The notes under the pieces: generated by a model
Databases searched by the model: none
Told to the model about the DNA's origin: nothing
Seen by the model: only the letters and a program-made list of their open reading frames with translations
In this document: positions 56,201 through 64,000 of the stretch, in pieces
How positions within the stretch are numbered: the first letter of the stretch is position 1
Layout: every line of letters begins with the position of its first letter
Assembly (NCBI GenBank): GCA_020773975.1
Contig: GCA_020773975.1_3638.1
DNA: 64,000 bases
Direction: 5' to 3' (one strand)
Source: a phage
Position numbers and translations under genes: made by a program

Positions 56201-57445
56201 TTAGAATAACATATCTCTGCTGATTGCTTTACGAATAGCATCAATACGGGCTACTCGCACAGCTTCACCAATCTCTTTACCCTTCTTACCCTTTTCCAGA
56301 AGGGGTTTTGTTATAGCTTTAGAATCAACTTTTGTCATAGCGTCGTAGGCTTCCAACAAAAAATGACCTTGAAGATAAGGTTTATGTCTAAAATCACCAC
56401 CTCTTCCTTTAGCATCACAATAACACGCATCTGCAAGTGTGTAAACCTTCATTTTCTGGTCAGCTTGTCCAGCAGCTTCAAATATTTTCATGATGCTTTT
56501 TGGTTTCAAACCGTTGTTACCATCTCTGGGAGAGATGGTGTGCACTTTTGTGTGATTTTCTGCAACATATTTTGCCGTGTCACGATAGATATTATAAATC
56601 TTCAACCTTTCACACAAGGATTGGATAACATCTACCCCAGCTTTCTCATGACCATGAAGATTACCATTGTCCTTGTAAGTTATAGCTTTGCCAAAATCAT
56701 GGCACAGCACAGCAAACTTGGTCAGTGGATCAGCTTCTAATTCATCAGCAACCCGTAACGCTAGAATTGTATGGGTGTAAGCATCCCCCTCTGGGTGATG
56801 TTCTTTAGGTTGTTGCACACGACGTAGGGCTTCCAGTTCAGGAAGTTCGCCAATACGTCCCATATTGACAGCAAAAGACCTGAAATAACCACTCTTTAAG
56901 GCTTTCAACATTTCCTTCCATTTACGATAGGCGCTTATTTCTGCCAAAGAGTGTCGGTTGTCATAAGCCAGTTTAAAAGTTTCTGGATGGATATGCCATT
57001 CTTCCCCAAGCTGGGCTTTAAATCTAAACAGGCGTAGAATACGTAATGGATCTTCAATAAACGCCTCCGATGTATGACGTAATGTTTTAAGTCCTAAGTC
57101 AACCTGACCACCAAAAGGATCAATAATCTCACCACTGTCAACATCCATCGCCATGGAGTTGATGGTAAGATCTCTACGTGCCAAATCCTCTTCCAGAGTT
57201 ACATCTGGACTAAAGCATACCTCAAATCCTTTATGGCCTTCGCCTGTTTTTCTTTCTGTGCGTGCAAGAGCGTACTCTTCTTTTGTTTCTGGGTGAAGAT
57301 AAACTGGAAAAGATGCGCCAACTTGTGTGAACCCTCTTTTCAGCATCTCTTCATGCGTAGCACCAACAACCACATAATCACGGTCTGATATTTCACGACC
57401 TAACAATTTATCTCTTACTGCGCCACCTACCAAGTATACCTTCAT
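56201..57445 (-). CDS. cca: tRNA nucleotidyltransferase (CCA-adding enzyme) with HD domain
   Basis: From ATG 57445: MKVYLVGGAVRDKLLG...DRDYVVVG (class II CCA motif, cf. E. coli Cca MKIYLVGGAVRD as recalled), RRDLTINSMA, HD motif VLCHDFGK; about 415 aa. Confidence 0.8.
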   Translation of the reverse strand: MKVYLVGGAVRDKLLGREISDRDYVVVGATHEEMLKRGFTQVGASFPVYLHPETKEEYALARTERKTGEGHKGFEVCFSPDVTLEEDLARRDLTINSMAMDVDSGEIIDPFGGQVDLGLKTLRHTSEAFIEDPLRILRLFRFKAQLGEEWHIHPETFKLAYDNRHSLAEISAYRKWKEMLKALKSGYFRSFAVNMGRIGELPELEALRRVQQPKEHHPEGDAYTHTILALRVADELEADPLTKFAVLCHDFGKAITYKDNGNLHGHEKAGVDVIQSLCERLKIYNIYRDTAKYVAENHTKVHTISPRDGNNGLKPKSIMKIFEAAGQADQKMKVYTLADACYCDAKGRGGDFRHKPYLQGHFLLEAYDAMTKVDSKAITKPLLEKGKKGKEIGEAVRVARIDAIRKAISRDMLF

Positions 57446-57768
57446 TTCTTCGCCCACGTATTCATATAATTAACAATATCTTTTACGGTTCTCTTTCCGT
57501 CCAGTGGATAAACCATGTCATCGCTCATCCCACCGTGTTTTAGCATTGCTACCAGTCTAGTATATACCTCTTTTGGTCTTTTGCAAGTTCTTTTCTTCCA
57601 TTTATGACCGTCTGGGAAGTACTCCTTATCTTCAAGAGAGATATGAAGGATGTCCCCTATAAACTCTTTAGCCTGTGTGCTGTAAAGTGGACGGTGGAAT
57701 ATGTAGAATTTCATTGCTTGCTCCTTTGTTGTAATAACAATATCAGTGCAAGCCACCTGTGTCAACAC
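57442..57768 (-). CDS. hypothetical protein
   Basis: ATGA overlap with cca. Confidence 0.4.
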   Translation of the reverse strand: MLTQVACTDIVITTKEQAMKFYIFHRPLYSTQAKEFIGDILHISLEDKEYFPDGHKWKKRTCKRPKEVYTRLVAMLKHGGMSDDMVYPLDGKRTVKDIVNYMNTWAKK

Positions 57769-57803
57769 ATAAAGAAAAACCCGCTAAAAAGCGGGTTAAT
57801 CTC

Positions 57804-58085
57804 TTACCATGTTACAAATATGTTTATAGATGTGCCTTGTTTTGTTGGTCGATAGCTAATAATATCTACCGTGAAGCCACCACCACGAAGATCGCCAACA
57901 ATATGAGGCAGGTAATCACCCATTTCCTCCGGGAACTGTAGTGACATACCCATTCCAAATAGACCTTTCTTTGCACATTGGCTGATCCCGTTTACTATCT
58001 GGTCGTACAGTTCCACCAGAGATTTTGGGGTATCCTTTTTCGACTTGTTCGCTATCTCTCTCATTTTGCTGGCGACATTTGCCAT
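57804..58085 (-). CDS. hypothetical protein
   Basis: 93-aa ORF; overlaps the 3' 170 nt of the MTase ORF in another frame. Confidence 0.35.
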   Translation of the reverse strand: MANVASKMREIANKSKKDTPKSLVELYDQIVNGISQCAKKGLFGMGMSLQFPEEMGDYLPHIVGDLRGGGFTVDIISYRPTKQGTSINIFVTW

Positions 58086-58596
58086 CTTTACCTCTTAAAA
58101 AATAGAAAGGCTTCAAATTAAGGGTGTTCTTTTTGTCCCACACATACCATGCATACCCGCTCCCATCGGTTTTACCATCCTCTGTAAAAGATGGTCTTTG
58201 AGAAAGTACAAGCAGAGATGTTGGGGGATTATCTTGCCACCACTCCCACCTTTTCATACTTTCAAGAAAACCAAGACGTAGAAGCATGATAACGACATCA
58301 GCATCACGTAGAGCTTTCTCAACAAATTCTTGAGCCAGTGAGTATGGGGGGTTAGAGATTATGATGTCTGTGTGATTATACTCTGTTGTCAGATAATCAA
58401 CACCTTGACGTATTTCTCCCCAAGCACTTCCAATAGGTAGAAAATTGTAGATCCTACCAGAAGCCCTGCAAGGCTCCATATATTTCTTTTTCATATCTAT
58501 AGGGATAACTTCCAACAGGGCTTCAACAGCCCACACTGGTGTTTCATATGTGTCGTATTCTCTTCGCTCACCCTTCTTTTTCAGCGGAGCTGCCAT
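57916..58596 (-). CDS. DNA N6-adenine methyltransferase
   Basis: Motif I-like EPCRASGRI and motif IV DIIISNPPY; first ATG at 58596; the low-complexity C-terminal tail past about 58085 may not be real. Confidence 0.6.
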   Translation of the reverse strand: MAAPLKKKGERREYDTYETPVWAVEALLEVIPIDMKKKYMEPCRASGRIYNFLPIGSAWGEIRQGVDYLTTEYNHTDIIISNPPYSLAQEFVEKALRDADVVIMLLRLGFLESMKRWEWWQDNPPTSLLVLSQRPSFTEDGKTDGSGYAWYVWDKKNTLNLKPFYFLRGKDGKCRQQNERDSEQVEKGYPKISGGTVRPDSKRDQPMCKERSIWNGYVTTVPGGNG

Positions 58597-59522
58597 CAAT
58601 TACCAACCTTTTCGACAGTTTCTTTCAGAATACCTTCGGAAACACTAAGAATTTGATTCAATAGAATATCTCTTTTGTGTGGTATTACTCTAGTTTCATT
58701 CTCCCCATATTGCAGATTGTTTAGTTGTGCAAGAATTTCTTTTAACTCGTCAACATTAAAACCATCAAAATCACGTTCGTTCAGAGTTGACATATTGAAA
58801 CTAAAATTCTCACCACCAACCGAGATGTTCATAAGCATTTCTTGCACCTCACCTTTAGGAACAGCACCTATGTTTTGTGGTGTGACATTCTTGACCACTG
58901 TTGTTTTTGTGGTTTTGGGGCCAGTTACATACCGCAACCCTTGCTGTTCTCTTCGGATATTCTCTTTATCCAGTAAAGCTGCGTCTGTGCGTACCAAAAT
59001 ATCTTCTTCTGTCAGCCACACTTCCCCACCACCTTTAATGGTTTCCATTTCTTCAGGTGTCAGTACATCTTTATAGAAATGGTCGAAGACACGATCAAAG
59101 TAGTCTTTTTGGAACACAGCCTGACGATAGATATTGGAACCATCACCACCTATCCAACCCTGATAATTATGGAACATAAAAATTGTCAGTGGTGAAACAG
59201 TTCGACGCTCACATGCCAACCATAATACTGTCCCTGCTGAACACACTTGGCCTTCTGCATGAACAATAACCATGGCCTGACTTTCTCGGATAGCACTAAC
59301 GTATGCCATTGCTATGGCAACATCACCACCCAATGTGTTTATAATAATTCTTACTGTGTCCTCTGGATTGGCTGCACGAATTGTTTGTAACCGCTCTTGG
59401 TGGTCTTCCAACCAATGCATCTCGTTAACATATATGACATGATTATTGGCATGAGCACGATATGTAAAAACATTAGCAGTCTCTACACGGTTAACATTAA
59501 AACCGTTATTCAGTTTTTGCAT
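58596..59522 (-). CDS. ClpP-family serine peptidase with C-terminal extension
   Basis: IIINTLGGDVAIAMAYVSAIRES and VHAEGQVCSAGTVLWLA (ClpP active-site Ser region), His in TIFMFHN; about 130 extra C-terminal residues. Confidence 0.6.
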   Translation of the reverse strand: MQKLNNGFNVNRVETANVFTYRAHANNHVIYVNEMHWLEDHQERLQTIRAANPEDTVRIIINTLGGDVAIAMAYVSAIRESQAMVIVHAEGQVCSAGTVLWLACERRTVSPLTIFMFHNYQGWIGGDGSNIYRQAVFQKDYFDRVFDHFYKDVLTPEEMETIKGGGEVWLTEEDILVRTDAALLDKENIRREQQGLRYVTGPKTTKTTVVKNVTPQNIGAVPKGEVQEMLMNISVGGENFSFNMSTLNERDFDGFNVDELKEILAQLNNLQYGENETRVIPHKRDILLNQILSVSEGILKETVEKVGN

Positions 59523-60003
59523 CACAACCCTCTCCGTTTTTAATGAGAATATCTCTCAAAATATGGCTATTACTCAAAAGCCAATCTATATTTATGCCAC
59601 ACTCTTCATCAACAATAACTTTATCACTATATCTAGAGCATCGAAGGACTCTCTTGGCATACTCAGCCGCTATCGTTGCTTGGTGTATGATTGTAAATTT
59701 GTCAAGATCATCTTTAGTAAGACAAATGAACTTAGATTTACCATTCATACAGATGAGATGCTCTAGCAACTCAATTCTGTTAGAGAACATCAATTCGGCA
59801 TCCTTCTTAGCAGCACTTTCAGAATAAAACATACTAGCTAAGAAGCCTTTATTAACAATTCTTAAAGAATTAGCTACTGTGGTCATATATCTAGTATAAA
59901 GCTCAGTAGCCATCTCTTCGAACACGTCAGGCTCTACAACACCGCAATTCTGTAACTTTACCAAGGTATCGTTTGTTAAGACACTGTAGACAGTACTTTT
60001 CAT
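59506..60003 (-). CDS. hypothetical protein
   Basis: 165-aa ORF. Confidence 0.45.
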   Translation of the reverse strand: MKSTVYSVLTNDTLVKLQNCGVVEPDVFEEMATELYTRYMTTVANSLRIVNKGFLASMFYSESAAKKDAELMFSNRIELLEHLICMNGKSKFICLTKDDLDKFTIIHQATIAAEYAKRVLRCSRYSDKVIVDEECGINIDWLLSNSHILRDILIKNGEGCDAKTE

Positions 60004-60009
60004 TGTCCC

Positions 60010-60318
60010 CTACCTAGCAATTAGATATCGTATCTTTCCGTCATCTTCCTGATACCCAACATCCACAACATAGTATTCTCCAACATCAGGAATCAACAAC
60101 TTATCCCCAACCTCGTACTCTTTTGGGGTATGGTATACCATTGATTCTGTAAAATATTTGTACTTATCCGTATCGTTAATGTTGCATGAAATTTCCATTT
60201 CTCCGTTGTTGTTGGGTATGAGAATATCCTCACCATTCTTTTTCCCAACCACATAACCACCTACCAATGTTTTAACTAAGCACAGTGTTTTATTGAGTTT
60301 GTCTTGGAACTTTGGCAA
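60010..60318 (-). CDS. hypothetical protein
   Basis: 102-aa ORF. Confidence 0.45.
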   Translation of the reverse strand: MPKFQDKLNKTLCLVKTLVGGYVVGKKNGEDILIPNNNGEMEISCNINDTDKYKYFTESMVYHTPKEYEVGDKLLIPDVGEYYVVDVGYQEDDGKIRYLIAR

Positions 60319-60934
60319 AAGAATCCTCCATTTTGTCCAGGAATGTTTCCAGGATTTTTATTCTTTCTGGTGTGTTAAGATTAAGAGTTTTAATCCCTTT
60401 CATTTTAGCCAGATTGACAGCAGTGGCTGTACCTCCTTTCGGGTTTCCGTTCTTATCTTCTTTTGCAAAGTAAAGCACAAAGGAAGATGGTTTTGGGTTG
60501 TTAATATCCACTCCCAACACTTGATGCACATTCCTGGAATGTAAAGCAAATGCTGCTCTGTTTCTCAGTAATGCTTGTGGGTTGGGATGCACCTTTTGCA
60601 CCAATTCATCTCGGTGCTCTATTTGTTCGGTATACAGATGGTTAATATATTGTAAGCCATAATCCCAGTTATCGTACAAATCCGCTTCTTTATCACCAAA
60701 ACCTTTCCATGGTATGTAAATTTCTGCGAGTCTGTTACCATACAACATTTTTGTTTTATCGTCAAGGCTATCGAAATATCGCTGCATCCCTCTCTGGAAC
60801 GCCGTATCAGCCCCTTCTGCCTTGCCACTCCGCAATGTAAACCCTAAACCAGCCAACCGGAAAGCAGCGTCCTCCATGACGCTGATAACCTCTGGGGGTG
60901 TTTCACGGGAACCCACCCCAGTATAATAACGCAT
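60290..60934 (-). CDS. DprA/SLOG-family Rossmann-fold protein
   Basis: YTGVGSRETPPEV ... LRSGKAEGADTAFQRG resembles the DprA/Smf motif GSR...SGxAxGxD. Confidence 0.45.
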   Translation of the reverse strand: MRYYTGVGSRETPPEVISVMEDAAFRLAGLGFTLRSGKAEGADTAFQRGMQRYFDSLDDKTKMLYGNRLAEIYIPWKGFGDKEADLYDNWDYGLQYINHLYTEQIEHRDELVQKVHPNPQALLRNRAAFALHSRNVHQVLGVDINNPKPSSFVLYFAKEDKNGNPKGGTATAVNLAKMKGIKTLNLNTPERIKILETFLDKMEDSFAKVPRQTQ

Positions 60935-60942
60935 AAACCCCC

Positions 60943-61728
60943 TTATGATGCCATTGGTGTGTAAATACCTTTATCTCTGTCTTTCAACAATCCCTTGGCG
61001 ATCTCCTTGACAACACCACCACGGACTACATCCTGTAGTTGATTAAATTGAACAATACCTACACCAGAAATATTATGTCTGTGGAGAAAATCTTCAACCC
61101 ATTCCAAACCAGAGACACCACGTATATCTTTTTGACTTTCATCTCCCATGATGACAAGAGTGCAATTATCTGAAATACGAGTTACAATACTCAGCATTTC
61201 TTCTGGAGTGCTTTGTTGTGCCTCGTCAATCAGTAGAAAGCTGTTTTCATCAAACGACCTTCCTCTAATACTCTCCAACTCTTGCACCTCGATACGTCCA
61301 TGCAGTCCATCTTTCAATGAATTATAATACGCCCCATCACCCATTCTTTTACGAATTGTATCGAGCATATTCCTTACGTAAGGATATAGTTTCTCCAGAG
61401 TAGAACCAGGTTTGAAGCCCGATGTCTTTCCCGTTTGCACATATGGCCTTGCCACAATGATTTTATCTATCTCGTTTTTCCTGAGAAGATCTGCTGCATA
61501 TGCAGAGGCGAGATATGTTTTTCCTGTTCCAAAAATCCCTTTGGCTATAATGATGTTACATGTCTTAAGTTTTTGGAGATAATCTTGTTGTTTTTTATTC
61601 ATAGCAACAAGTGCTGGGGCGCTGTTTCTATCTTCCTCAAACTTAGGGTTGTATTTCATCTTTCTTTCAGCACGTTCTTTCTTCCTTGCTGCAAGTTTTA
61701 AAGCACGCGTCTCTTTGCTTCTTCCCAT
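60943..61728 (-). CDS. phoH: PhoH-like ATPase
   Basis: Walker A GIFGTGKTYLA, ARPYVQTGKTSGFKPGS, Walker B LIDEAQQSTPEEM, VIMGDESQ; AAGGAGA SD. Confidence 0.8.
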   Translation of the reverse strand: MGRSKETRALKLAARKKERAERKMKYNPKFEEDRNSAPALVAMNKKQQDYLQKLKTCNIIIAKGIFGTGKTYLASAYAADLLRKNEIDKIIVARPYVQTGKTSGFKPGSTLEKLYPYVRNMLDTIRKRMGDGAYYNSLKDGLHGRIEVQELESIRGRSFDENSFLLIDEAQQSTPEEMLSIVTRISDNCTLVIMGDESQKDIRGVSGLEWVEDFLHRHNISGVGIVQFNQLQDVVRGGVVKEIAKGLLKDRDKGIYTPMAS

Positions 61729-61740
61729 CAGGGGTTCTCC

Positions 61741-62445
61741 TTAAGAGTTCAGGACAGATTTAGCTTTATTATAGTATGCAGTTCTTTCAGACAGGTGATT
61801 TGTCCCACCATTCACAAGTTTTGTTATTTTGACAATATCATCAGCATCACAAGCTGCATTAATATCCCGAGATTGCCAGTACCACCCAGCACTTAATACA
61901 GCGTATTCCGGCTGCTCAAGAAGCTCTGGGTGATTAATCAAATCTATACCTAGAGCTTTGCCACAATCTCTATAATTAGCATAACCTGTAATCTGGATAA
62001 GACCTCTTCCTTTATACTTTGCCCCATCACCATCTTTTTCCGGTGTGTTGCCGAGTTTTTTTGCTAGGCTACCTGTATCATACTTATCAAAGTATGCGTC
62101 ATTACCAAGTTCCCTAACATATTTAAACTCAGCGGATTCAACACCTATCTGGGATAAGAAACCAGCTATCCTGTTTGGGGTGTTAATATCTGTTTTCAAG
62201 AAAAGATTGTTTAGAGGCCCAAGAAATTTAGAATTTCTGTTTGCTTTTGCTCCGATAGGAAAGATCTTGTCCAATTGTGTTTGTGTTAGTAGTGTATTTC
62301 CCCCGTTTGTCGAGTTAGCTTTCTGTATGCATTTTTCCAATGCGGATTTAGTGGCGGGGCCATAGATGCCATCAGCCCCTGACTTTCCTACACTAAAACC
62401 ACCATTAATCAGCATACGTTGAATTTCGGCTATCGCAGAGTTCAT
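61741..62445 (-). CDS. endolysin: N-terminal peptidoglycan-binding domain plus GH19 (chitinase-like) catalytic domain
   Basis: DGIYGPATKSALEKCIQ (PG_binding_1-like); KGRGLIQITGYANYRDCGKALGIDLINHPELL ... AGWYW (GH19 signature). Confidence 0.8.
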   Translation of the reverse strand: MNSAIAEIQRMLINGGFSVGKSGADGIYGPATKSALEKCIQKANSTNGGNTLLTQTQLDKIFPIGAKANRNSKFLGPLNNLFLKTDINTPNRIAGFLSQIGVESAEFKYVRELGNDAYFDKYDTGSLAKKLGNTPEKDGDGAKYKGRGLIQITGYANYRDCGKALGIDLINHPELLEQPEYAVLSAGWYWQSRDINAACDADDIVKITKLVNGGTNHLSERTAYYNKAKSVLNS

Positions 62446-62918
62446 TTTTCCTCTTCTGTGTTAGCCCTCTCCAATGCCTCATTAAAAACTGTTGGAAAAC
62501 TGGAAGCGACCCCAGTAAGTTTAATCGTAATTCTTTCTTGATAAATTGCATACGCTAGCTCATCTGGTGAAAGAGCTTCTTTCAGATGGTCAGCCATTAC
62601 ACCCATTACTTTCTCAAGTGTATCTTCAGATAGCATCTTCTTGAGCCGTTTCTGGGCTGTATCCAACTCTTTCTCAAGAGTTGGGTTAGAGTCTTTCTTA
62701 GCTTGCGCTTTCATCCTCTTCATGGAATCAATCATTAACTGAGTGTCCTCAGTCACCTGATTAATCAGTCTTGGGAAGATCAATTCTGCGAAGATATAGG
62801 CCAACTCTTCATGAGTTTTAAGAAGTAGGCTATCAATCGCTAATTTTGGTGCGTACAAGTTTTCTTCATTAATGATATCTGTCATAATATTATCCTCTAC
62901 GGGTTGCTCGTGCTGCAT
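62442..62918 (-). CDS. hypothetical protein
   Basis: 158-aa acidic ORF. Confidence 0.45.
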   Translation of the reverse strand: MQHEQPVEDNIMTDIINEENLYAPKLAIDSLLLKTHEELAYIFAELIFPRLINQVTEDTQLMIDSMKRMKAQAKKDSNPTLEKELDTAQKRLKKMLSEDTLEKVMGVMADHLKEALSPDELAYAIYQERITIKLTGVASSFPTVFNEALERANTEEEK

Positions 62919-63036
62919 TATCTGCCATTACCTGAAACAATTCCTCTTCGGTAATTTTTCTTTTCTTGCGTTTTCCACTACGCAGTGCCAGCGCAAGCTC
63001 TTTTTCATATGCTTTTCGTAGAGTTTTCTTACTCAT

Positions 63037-63510
63037 CTAAATCCCCTCTTTCCACAAACCATCTTTTTTAACCCACATTTTTTGGTTATCAGAACCCCTG
63101 AACCTTTTGGTTGTAGGCTTAGACATATCATACTTACCATCTATAACAATGTCAACAAGATTTTTAATCCTTTCAGGTATTTCGTCAAATAAATATCCTG
63201 TCCATAGCCAAATGTCTTTATCATCTCCGTAAACTGAACGTACCTTTAAAATAATCTTTATAACACCATCAATATTTTGCGGGTCAAGTGGTTCTCCCCC
63301 TAAAATTGAGAGTCCTTTTATTTGCTTACGTGCCAAATCCTTTATAATTCTATCTAAGTGTTCATCTGTAAACATTTCTCCGTAATTATATGACCAAGCT
63401 CTTTGATTAAAGCAGCCACGGCAACCATGACTGCAACCGCTTACCCAGAGGGAGCATCGCACTCCCTCTCCGTTGATCATATCTGTTGGTTCATAACCGC
63501 AGAAATTCAT
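63037..63510 (-). CDS. nrdG: anaerobic ribonucleotide reductase activating protein (radical SAM)
   Basis: GEGVRCSLWVSGCSHGCRGCFN (CxxxCxxC radical-SAM cluster in the NrdG arrangement); 157 aa. Confidence 0.8.
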   Translation of the reverse strand: MNFCGYEPTDMINGEGVRCSLWVSGCSHGCRGCFNQRAWSYNYGEMFTDEHLDRIIKDLARKQIKGLSILGGEPLDPQNIDGVIKIILKVRSVYGDDKDIWLWTGYLFDEIPERIKNLVDIVIDGKYDMSKPTTKRFRGSDNQKMWVKKDGLWKEGI

Positions 63511-64000
63511 GTATGTTTCACTCTCTCCACAACTTCTTGCATCTTACCCTTGTTATAAGGACGGCTGTTTGGGGCAGACAAATAGCCAGACACACGTCTG
63601 ATAACACTTATTGTTTCTTCATTGTGATTTCCACAAGAAGGACACTCAAATCCCTTAGCTGTGGCCTTAAACTCACCGGAAAAACCGCACTCATAGCATC
63701 TATCACAAGCACTGTTTATACCAAAATAAGGGATGTTTTCATATCCATAATCCACTAAGGCTTCCAATGCTTGCATGTTGTTTTTTAGATTAGGAACTTC
63801 CACATAACCTATGTTACCACCATTACTTATCTCAGCAAACCCACATTCATAATCCCATTTGGAGAATGGATCAGACTTTTTCCACACTGGTTGGTGAAAC
63901 GAGTTTGTCAGGTAATCTCTTTCAATTAGCCCAGGGTATGCTTCTTTAAGTTTTGTAGCAAATTTATAACACAGAGATTCTGCCGATGTACCGCTGCTTT
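63507..64000 (-). CDS. nrdD: anaerobic ribonucleoside-triphosphate reductase, 3' part (5' end beyond the window)
   Basis: Frame stays open upstream of the ORF-track GTG to the window edge (...GTSAESLCYKFATKLKEAYPGLIERDYL...); C-terminal CDRCYECGF ... CPSCGN ... RRVSGYL glycyl-radical region; ATGA overlap with nrdG. Confidence 0.75.
   Translation of the reverse strand, partial: SSGTSAESLCYKFATKLKEAYPGLIERDYLTNSFHQPVWKKSDPFSKWDYECGFAEISNGGNIGYVEVPNLKNNMQALEALVDYGYENIPYFGINSACDRCYECGFSGEFKATAKGFECPSCGNHNEETISVIRRVSGYLSAPNSRPYNKGKMQEVVERVKHT

Overview
64-kb segment of a virulent tailed-phage genome (AT-rich; E. coli-like sigma70 promoters and AGGAG-type ribosome-binding sites). All functional calls are motif-level readings of the supplied translations; no database search or folding program was run, and comparisons to T7, T4 and Pfam families are from memory. 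Layout: (i) 1-1052, end of a plus-strand (probably structural) block closed by a bidirectional terminator; (ii) 1060-30162, minus-strand DNA-metabolism block: T7 gp5-like family A DNA polymerase split at motif C by a putative 318-nt group I intron, T7 gp4-like primase-helicase carrying an intein, Dda-like helicase, rIIA/rIIB-like pair, RNA ligase 2, macro-domain protein, MoxR-type AAA+ ATPase, HD-domain alarmone hydrolase, C5-MTase-like protein, many small ORFs; (iii) 30268-47651, plus-strand block: Lar-like anti-restriction protein, vWA/metallopeptidase protein, an AT-rich iteron and palindrome region (33480-33900), a three-copy direct-repeat array (37360-37560), a divergently transcribed small HTH protein (37940-38206), then a 6.4-kb cassette of about 20 small ORFs (38392-44649) driven by duplicated sigma70-like promoter modules, some with a palindrome wrapped around the -10, followed by a 1.5-kb structured non-coding region and an isolated T5orf172/GIY-YIG-like Zn-finger gene; (iv) 48337-64000, minus-strand block: small and membrane ORFs, HigA-like HTH fusion, nucleotidyltransferase, CCA-adding enzyme next to a possible PTH2-like ORF, N6-adenine MTase, ClpP-like protease, DprA/SLOG-like protein, PhoH, GH19 endolysin, NrdG and the 3' part of NrdD. 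No tRNA, rRNA or CRISPR array was recognised by eye. The most promising candidates for undescribed biology are the early-type small-ORF cassette with its palindrome-embedded promoters and bracketing GTTCTCGATC repeats, the tRNA/RNA-repair cluster, and the structured non-coding islands.
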